A stretch of 64,000 nt of DNA, taken from assembly GCA_000092065.1 (NCBI GenBank), contig CP000589.1. One strand, given 5' to 3'. Below, piece by piece: positions 50,026 to 56,968 of this stretch (positions are counted from its first letter, which is position 1; each line of letters starts with the position of its first letter). The position numbers were made by a program, and so were the translations under genes. Origin of the DNA: Ostreococcus lucimarinus. Lineage: Eukaryota. A model generated the notes under the pieces. That model saw only the letters and a program-made list of their open reading frames with translations, did no database searches and was not told the DNA's origin.

Positions 50026-52347
50026 TCACGCCATGACACTTGTCACACCCCGCGCGGCCCACTCGGCGTCGTACAAATGCGTAAACGCATTGGCCAGCCT
50101 TAAAATGTACATGAAGGGAAAGTTGGGTTCGCTGAGCTTGCTCGCATCGATGCACCCGAACCACACAGCCACAAACAAAGGAAATCCAGCCAAAGCGCTG
50201 CTTACTTGTGCGATGCGCTCATCTTTCGGTACGACGACGTTGTCCAACTTTTGCCTAGAATCATAATACGTGTTGACGAGCACTTCGGCCAATTGTTCAA
50301 AGTCCTCTATGTCACAGCTCTCGACGAGAAGGAACACGATGTCTTCGATACCTTGACCTGGGCGCGCGTACTGCCAATCAATAAAGATTGGTTCGCCGCC
50401 GTTCACTTGATAATCCCAGAATAAATTTGGAAATTTGAGGTCACCGTGAAGAAGCGTTTGCGGAGCTCTTCGAAGTCGCAGCTCGGCGTCCGCAAAGTTT
50501 GCCGCCGCGTGGTCAAACAGCACGAAAACTTGTTCACCGAGCGTATTGAACCATCGATTTCGAAACGTTGCGTAGTGTTCTTGCACGTGCTGTCGCATAT
50601 ACGTGTCATAAACCGATAGCCTTCCCAACGGCGCGCCTCGGAAGTGTGAATGCAACCTCGCCATCGTGTTCACCACCTTGAGGCCGCTTTCAAGACAAAA
50701 GTCTGGCGCTCGATCATACTTTCGTAAATCCTCCATGACGATAGCGCGTGACGTCGGAAGGACGCCGTAGCAGATCGGTACACGTACCGGCATGATACTC
50801 GCAAAATCTTCATAGAACTTACACTCGGTGTCGTGAAGGTTCAAGTGTTCGCTCACCTCCATCAAGACTCCGTGATCAGAGTTTTCTTGCTTCACCACAA
50901 GATGTCTTGAACCGGAGGTCGCCGAAAGAATTTCAGAAATGTAGCCACCGCTTGCTCGAATCGGATACACAACGGATCGTTGACCCAATACTTCGGACAG
51001 TTCGTTAGAAAGGTGCGCCACAGAATTCATCGTCTCCAATAACTCCTCTGGGTCTTCAGCGACATAATTCGCGATAAACGAATCGCTGCCTGACACGTTT
51101 GTATTAACAGAGACGACGTATTGGCATCCCGCTGCGCGTCCGGAAATCAAACCGCATCGAGAGTCCTCGAAGACAATGGAGTTTCCGATCGAGACTCCAA
51201 GTCTTCTCGCCGCTTTCAAGTACGGCTCCGCGTTTGGTTTACCAAATCTCACGTCACTCGCGGAAATAAGCGGTAAATCATCCAATGCAAGATGTTTCAA
51301 CAAAGCTTTGGCGGCGGTTCTGTTGGAATTAGTCACTACGGACACTGGTCCGAGCGCACGACACTTTTGCACAAATTCCACCGCGCCTGGAATTTCTTTG
51401 GTCTTTTCGATGTATCGCAAGAACGCTTCGTCTTTCTGCTCTGACGAAATCTGCAGCTTGAAACGCTGCGCGACTTGGGCGTCAGATTGTCCGCTGATGT
51501 GTTTGAGGAAGAATTCTTCGTCGACAAACGCGCCCATCGGAGCGAGGATCTCGCGCCAAGCCGCGACGTAGGCATCCGTGGTGTCCACAAGAGTACCGTC
51601 CAAATCAAACAAAAATGCATATCCCTGTTTGGACAAGTACTGCTCTAAACACTCAGGCGTACCGATGTTCGAGTATTGGTCCTCAGCGATGACGACGGAG
51701 CTGACGTGCTTGTCTCGCGCGACGTACTCTTTCAAAACGCATGAAACGTACGCCTCGCCGCGCTCAAACTTTCCTTCTTGAGTCAAAATATCCTTCGTCA
51801 ATTCAAGAAATTCTTTTTCACTCGCGAACCAGTACGCTCCAGTGTTCGCGTAAGGACCCACGCGCGACTTCTCCGCGATTTTGGTCACGCGTCCGCCGTC
51901 CCCGCTCGTCTCAACGTATGAATATTTTGCCGCCGTCTCACGCTCACGCGCGGATTCCTCAAAGCACAGGACCGCCGCGCGCACCTCCGGTTGTTTTTCC
52001 AGCGCCCGAAACCGTTCGATGACGTCGCAATGATACACCGCATCGCAGTCCACCAACAGGAGCGACGCGTCGTTTGTCGCCGACACCGTCCCCAGCGCGA
52101 GCGCCGCCGTCTCCGCCGCCCCGACCGTCGCACGCGCCAAGCGCACCGTGGTGAACCCTCGTTCGGGGACGGAATCATCGAAATTCGTCACCACGACGCA
52201 CGTGTCGCGGTTGTCATCGACGCACAGCGCTTCCGTGACGACGTGTATCATCGCCTTGCCGATCACTGGGATGAGCGGCTTGATGTCTTCGTAGCCTTGC
52301 GCTCGGAAGCGCTCGCCGCGTCCACACGCTGGAATGAGGACGCGCAT
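50026..52347 (-). CDS. Tri-domain fusion enzyme: sugar-phosphate nucleotidyltransferase (LicC/MurU-like) + HAD-IA hydrolase (beta-PGM/phosphatase-like) + APH/choline-kinase-fold kinase
   Basis: N-terminal VLIPACGRGERF..KPL (G-x-G-x-R NTP-transferase motif). Middle FLFDLDGTLVDT (HAD motif I) with further HAD motifs. C-terminal LLHGDLKFPNLFW and IFIDWQYA (Brenner catalytic-loop and DFG-equivalent motifs of APH/ChoK kinases). Confidence 0.75.
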   Translation of the reverse strand: MRVLIPACGRGERFRAQGYEDIKPLIPVIGKAMIHVVTEALCVDDNRDTCVVVTNFDDSVPERGFTTVRLARATVGAAETAALALGTVSATNDASLLLVDCDAVYHCDVIERFRALEKQPEVRAAVLCFEESARERETAAKYSYVETSGDGGRVTKIAEKSRVGPYANTGAYWFASEKEFLELTKDILTQEGKFERGEAYVSCVLKEYVARDKHVSSVVIAEDQYSNIGTPECLEQYLSKQGYAFLFDLDGTLVDTTDAYVAAWREILAPMGAFVDEEFFLKHISGQSDAQVAQRFKLQISSEQKDEAFLRYIEKTKEIPGAVEFVQKCRALGPVSVVTNSNRTAAKALLKHLALDDLPLISASDVRFGKPNAEPYLKAARRLGVSIGNSIVFEDSRCGLISGRAAGCQYVVSVNTNVSGSDSFIANYVAEDPEELLETMNSVAHLSNELSEVLGQRSVVYPIRASGGYISEILSATSGSRHLVVKQENSDHGVLMEVSEHLNLHDTECKFYEDFASIMPVRVPICYGVLPTSRAIVMEDLRKYDRAPDFCLESGLKVVNTMARLHSHFRGAPLGRLSVYDTYMRQHVQEHYATFRNRWFNTLGEQVFVLFDHAAANFADAELRLRRAPQTLLHGDLKFPNLFWDYQVNGGEPIFIDWQYARPGQGIEDIVFLLVESCDIEDFEQLAEVLVNTYYDSRQKLDNVVVPKDERIAQVSSALAGFPLFVAVWFGCIDASKLSEPNFPFMYILRLANAFTHLYDAEWAARGVTSVMA

Positions 52348-52572
52348 ACTTATATTTTCATATAAATCTCCGCGGCGTGGGTCAGATCACGCGCGCGGCG
52401 CCCAGGGGCGCGTAATGACATTTCGTCGGGTGGAGGGTGTTACAAAATAAACGCGCGCGAGCTAAAGCCCGCCGGGCTAAGAATTGGAGTTGCGTCTAAC
52501 TCTTAGACCCCGTCCCGGTGCGTGCGCGGTGAAGTCGCGCCACCGTACACCATCCCTTGATTTCGAGGAAGG

Positions 52573-53208
52573 CTAGCACGTGGGTCCACGCGCCGCGGGC
52601 CGCTCGGGAGGCGCCGGCTTGGCCGCCGCCGAGCCCGCGGCCTCAGCCTCAGCCGCGGCCGCGGCCGCGCGCTTCTCGAGCCAGTCTTTGGCTCGCTCGC
52701 GGTATTTAGCGTTCGCCTCTGTACTAATCTTGTTTGCCGCGTTACAGGCATTGATCATCGTCGTGTTGCCCTCAGAGATTCCGTGACACCAATGCACACC
52801 CATCCCGTCGCGATCCGGCCACGCCGAGTGCCCTAACGATATGCCGCGACGGACGTTGCAGTGGGCGTAGTCCGCCACGTGAAAAATAGATGCCTCAGGA
52901 CTCATTTGTGAACGGGGACTTACGCACGCGACGCTTTTCAATACATCCGTTCCTTGACCCCAAAAAGCATTGGCGCGCGAACTGTGCACGACGTAAAAGG
53001 CGTCGTTGTACTTCCAATACCAGTCCTCGTCAAAGATAAGCGTAGGTTGGACAGCGTCCGTGTCGTGGTTCGTGTCCCGACCGTCCCACAACGTCCTGGC
53101 AAAGTCCACGGGCGGTGGCGCGTACCAAAAGTACTCGGGTCGACCGTGCATGTACCACGAAAAGTGTATGTTTTTCTCCTTCTCCACTTTACGCGCCATG
53201 CAAAGCAA
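52573..53208 (-). pseudogene. Truncated tandem paralogue of the C-terminal half of the 53237-54394 gene
   Basis: LCMARKVEKEKNIHFSWY..PPPVDFARTLWDGR..FDEDWYWKYNDAFYVVHSS is colinear with LCMARKVEQEKNIHFSWF..PPPVDFATTLWDGR..FDEDWRHKYNDALYAVHSS. No N-terminal half present. Confidence 0.5.
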
Positions 53209-53236
53209 CTTCTGAGCTTTGTCAAAGTGCTTCTAA

Positions 53237-54394
53237 CTAGCACGTCGGTCCCATCGATTGCATCGGCGGGTCGTCGGCGTACGCGTTCAAAGAGCGCCAG
53301 TGGCTTACTTGCGCTCGGTAAACTTTAGTCTCTGACACACTAATTGCCTGGGCACGCTCGCACGGATGTATGTGCCTCTGAAGTGTGTAATCTACGCAAC
53401 TCAGCGTACCTTGTCCTGGCTTTGCGGTTGGCCGAGCCGATCGCTCGAACCCGATTCCCACGGCCCTCGACGCCGCCCCGACGAGGTCTACCACTTTGTG
53501 AAGGGCTGTCTCCGGAGTCATACGTTCAAGGAAGACGTGACCGGTCGCGGGGATCTCAGCTCGGCATGGTAATTTCGACAAAATCGATGACCCTGGGCCC
53601 AGTATACCATCGGCGTGCGAACTGTGCACGGCGTATAAGGCGTCGTTGTACTTGTGACGCCAATCCTCGTCAAAGATGAACGCGTGCGCGCTGTCTGTAC
53701 CCCTACCGTCCCACAACGTCGTGGCAAAGTCCACGGGCGGCGGCCCGTACCAAAAGTAATCGGGTCGACTCCGAACGAACCACGAAAAGTGTATGTTTTT
53801 CTCCTGCTCCACTTTGCGCGCCATGCAAAGCAGCCTTTTGCTCAAATCGAACTGCGCGTACGTCGTCGCCGGCGAAAAGTAGTCGTCTTTTTTCACCTTG
53901 AATCCACGCGCAGCGCAATGCTGTCCCCAAGGATCCTTCGTGTCTAAGTCATAAGCCGAGGCCGTGTAAAACGAAACCGCCACGGGTCGAATGACGTCCA
54001 GCGCGCGTTGCAGCACGTGCGGATACACCTTTGGAAACATCGCCGATCGGTCTCGCCACCCGCTCACGTCTGCGATACTCAGGAGCATGATCGGGTGCAC
54101 GTTCACGCAGCGCTCCGCCATCCAATCCAGCACATTCGTCTTCAAACCCTTGGAGACGTGATCCAACACCATCCCGCGCACCGATCCTCCGATGAGGAAC
54201 GCGACGTCCGCGCGTCCCTCCGCGCACGACTGCGCGCCGAGCGCGTCGCGCCGCGCCGTCGCCGACGCGACGACGATCGCCACCGCCGCGATCAGCGACA
54301 ATAACGACCCAACGCGCGTCCGTCGCGCGCTCCTAGAGCCATCATCGCCGATGAGCGGCGTCGCCTCGTCCGTCATCGCGCCGCGAACACCCAT
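53237..54394 (-). CDS. Type-II membrane (Golgi-type) protein of unknown function, possibly a glycosyltransferase-like enzyme
   Basis: Short cytosolic tail, TM anchor (VGSLLSLIAAVAIVVASA), large luminal domain. Paralogue fragment immediately downstream. Confidence 0.45.
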   Translation of the reverse strand: MGVRGAMTDEATPLIGDDGSRSARRTRVGSLLSLIAAVAIVVASATARRDALGAQSCAEGRADVAFLIGGSVRGMVLDHVSKGLKTNVLDWMAERCVNVHPIMLLSIADVSGWRDRSAMFPKVYPHVLQRALDVIRPVAVSFYTASAYDLDTKDPWGQHCAARGFKVKKDDYFSPATTYAQFDLSKRLLCMARKVEQEKNIHFSWFVRSRPDYFWYGPPPVDFATTLWDGRGTDSAHAFIFDEDWRHKYNDALYAVHSSHADGILGPGSSILSKLPCRAEIPATGHVFLERMTPETALHKVVDLVGAASRAVGIGFERSARPTAKPGQGTLSCVDYTLQRHIHPCERAQAISVSETKVYRAQVSHWRSLNAYADDPPMQSMGPTC

Positions 54395-54421
54395 CGATCA
54401 CGAACCGCGTCGCCGCGCGCG

Positions 54422-54612
54422 CGACGCGCGTCGGTTTTCGCGTCGCCGCGCGCGCGACGCGCGTCGGTTTTCGCGTCGCCGCACCGCGCGCGCGATGGTG
54501 CGTCGCACAGTGCGACGCCGATGCATCGCATCGCGCGCGTCGCCATGTCCTCGGCGCCCCTGCACGACGCGCGCGCGCGCGGAAGGATGTCCGACGCGAA
54601 GGATGTCCGACG
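54422..54612. repeat. Near-identical segmental duplicate of 56904-57048 (5' end and start codon region of the S9 peptidase gene), with internal 32-bp and 12-bp tandem duplications
   Basis: Direct by-eye alignment; 2 mismatches. Confidence 0.85.
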
Positions 54613-54617
54613 TATCA

Positions 54618-55015
54618 ATACGTCGACGGCCCCAGTTCTTGTATGATGAGGAGCATACAGTTATTCGCGACGAAATAGCACAGCGCGGGAAGCGCAAACG
54701 AGGTGAAGCGTTTCGCGCTCCACGTCACTTCTTCGACTCCTCCGCACGCCCGCGACGTCGTCAAAAAGATGAACGACAACACCAGCTTCACCGACTCCAT
54801 CGTGAACGCCAGCACCACGGTATCGTACGGATAATCATCATCACTGTTCCGGCTCAGACTCGCGAATATCGTTCCCGCCACTTGCAGGAACAAGTACGAC
54901 ACCATGCTCAACACCTTGATCGACAGCGGCGTTTCCGTCCTTCCGTCGCTCTTCTTCTCGGTCGGCGTCGCATCTCGCGCGAGTTCGCCGTCCGCATCCT
55001 TCCCATCTCGCGCGA
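54618..55015. repeat. Segmental duplicate of 48113-48510 (N-terminal ~134 codons of the nucleotide-sugar transporter gene, minus strand), 398 bp, essentially identical
   Basis: The antisense ORF 54615-55565 reproduces ARDGKDADGELARDATPTEKK...QELGPSTY of the transporter. Confidence 0.9.
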
Positions 55016-55188
55016 ACAGCGGTTCGCGAGTCTGGAAAGCGCTTCCGTGCGGTACAAGCGAGTCGCCCCAATAGGAGTAGGTGTAGCCTAGCTGTAGCTG
55101 TAGCTCCGTCGCCGACAAATGTCCGACCGATCGACAGAGACCGACGCGCGTCCGCAGCCGACACTGCGCGCGCCCACGCGACGCGAGA

Positions 55189-56742
55189 ATGAGTGACAAA
55201 GACGCGCAAAGCATCTCTCGCGGCGAGCGCTCGAATTTGCTCGCGCGCAACGCCGCGAACGGCGTCGTTGAGGGTGTTGCGAGCATCCTGGACGAAGAGC
55301 GCGGTGAGACCGACGTGAGCGAGCGATCCCGAGCGAGAACGTCGACGTCGCGAGGATGTCTCGCGAGTGTTGCGCTGATGGCGTGTGCGGTCGGCGCGGG
55401 GATGGCGGTCGCGTCGCGCGGGGGGGTCGACGACGCGAGGACGAGCGCACGAGCTCGCGGCGGTGGGAAATCGACGCTCGGGATCAGTGGAGCGACACGA
55501 GCTCGCGGCGGTGGGAAATCGACGCTCGGGATCAGTGGAGCGACGGGAGTGCGGACGTATATCATAGCAGATACGTCGCCCGGAGACGAGATGGAGAGAT
55601 CTAGGAAAGGACGCGATTACGTGTTCAACCTGTTCAAAACGCACGGTGGTTTGAGCGACGCCGAAGCGCGCAATACTGTGGAAATCTCGAGTGCGACGTT
55701 TCCTTCGCTTTGGCCGGATACCTTCGAGACAGCGCGAAGCGCGACGCACGATGTACTAGCGGGAGCCCTTGCTGCTTCAGAAGCGAACGTTCCAACCAGT
55801 GAGTTGCCGTATCCCATCAGACAGGTTCACGAATCGCAGCTCAATCCACAGCACCGTTGCGTCGGCGAAAAATGCGTATTCCCGTATAACCACCACCTTG
55901 GATGTCTTCTATCTCACATGTCTGTGTGGAAGAAAGCTATTTCGCGAGGTGAGGATCGGTTTGCCGTGTGGGAGCAAGATGGTATGGGGATCGCTTCCGT
56001 GAGCCCGCTTGACTACACAGAGCTCGGACGCCAGCTTCCTCGCGACGCAGATATGGTCTGGCTCCTCCCCATTGGAAGAAGCACCGGTCAATTCGTGAAA
56101 AAGTTCCGCTCAAGGGCGTTTGGCACGTGGGGGAAAGGTACCTGGGGTCTCGTAAAGACAGACTGGTCGCCCGAATCGATGCACACGGCGATGAATTCAA
56201 CGCACGTTTATTTGTACAAGTGGAACAAAATGTGCTCGTGGGCAGGAACGGCAGCTCTCATGTTCACCAAGCAAGGCGTCGAGAAAATTCTTCGGTACAG
56301 TACCGAACACAGTCTCGACATGATCGATGCTTTCCTCATTGGCGGATGCATCCATAAATCGGGAAAGACGAGTCGTCTTTCCTTGAACTGTTATCACGCG
56401 TCGAGCGTGCCAACCAAGAAAGAGCTCCTGGGTGGAATCGTGCCCGATTGGTACACTGACGAAACCGTGGGCGATCGAGCACTTCCTCAAGAGCAGGTTG
56501 ACGCCATGGATCGGGATGACGCCAAGTTCAACTCGCTTGGTTGTCAGCGCGGCGGCGACGAGTTCAAGTCAAAATCTGCCTGGATTCCCACGTCCTGGGC
56601 TGGAGACGACTCCGCGGATTCGTGCGTTCCCTCCTGGAACGCCCCGGTGGACGTGTGCGATGCATCCGTGAAGTATCCACTCGATGGACACAAGTACTCA
56701 TACCTCGGCAGCGCGATGTTGCGTACAAAGCCCGAGCGTTAG
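55189..56742 (+). CDS. Type-II membrane glycosyltransferase family 25-like protein
   Basis: N-terminal TM anchor. GCLLSHMSVWKKAISRGEDRFAVWEQDG resembles the GT25 motif (GC.LSH...W..I......IFEDD). Contains an in-frame 48-bp duplication. Confidence 0.55.
   Translation: MSDKDAQSISRGERSNLLARNAANGVVEGVASILDEERGETDVSERSRARTSTSRGCLASVALMACAVGAGMAVASRGGVDDARTSARARGGGKSTLGISGATRARGGGKSTLGISGATGVRTYIIADTSPGDEMERSRKGRDYVFNLFKTHGGLSDAEARNTVEISSATFPSLWPDTFETARSATHDVLAGALAASEANVPTSELPYPIRQVHESQLNPQHRCVGEKCVFPYNHHLGCLLSHMSVWKKAISRGEDRFAVWEQDGMGIASVSPLDYTELGRQLPRDADMVWLLPIGRSTGQFVKKFRSRAFGTWGKGTWGLVKTDWSPESMHTAMNSTHVYLYKWNKMCSWAGTAALMFTKQGVEKILRYSTEHSLDMIDAFLIGGCIHKSGKTSRLSLNCYHASSVPTKKELLGGIVPDWYTDETVGDRALPQEQVDAMDRDDAKFNSLGCQRGGDEFKSKSAWIPTSWAGDDSADSCVPSWNAPVDVCDASVKYPLDGHKYSYLGSAMLRTKPER
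55451..55546. repeat. 48-bp tandem duplication x2 inside the GT25-like coding region (encodes ARARGGGKSTLGISGAT twice)
   Basis: Seen directly. Confidence 0.85.
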
Positions 56743-56968
56743 CGACGCTTGTAAAGAAACAGCCTAGGGGTGCTTGAATCCGGTATTGGGAATTTCCCGA
56801 TACGTATCAAAAACGACTGTTTTCATACTGTTTGCCCATACGAAAAGCCTAATACGTTGATACGCCAATACGGTATCAGCTCGTATCAAGTGCAGCAGGC
56901 CTAGACGCGCGTCGGTTTTCGCGTCGCCGCACCGCGCGCGCGATGGTGCGCGGCACAGTGCGACGCCG

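Noticed and set aside
56790-56800. GGGAATTTCCC as an NF-kB-type site
   Set aside because: A perfect palindrome but almost certainly coincidental in an alga. Retained only as part of the AT-rich motif block.
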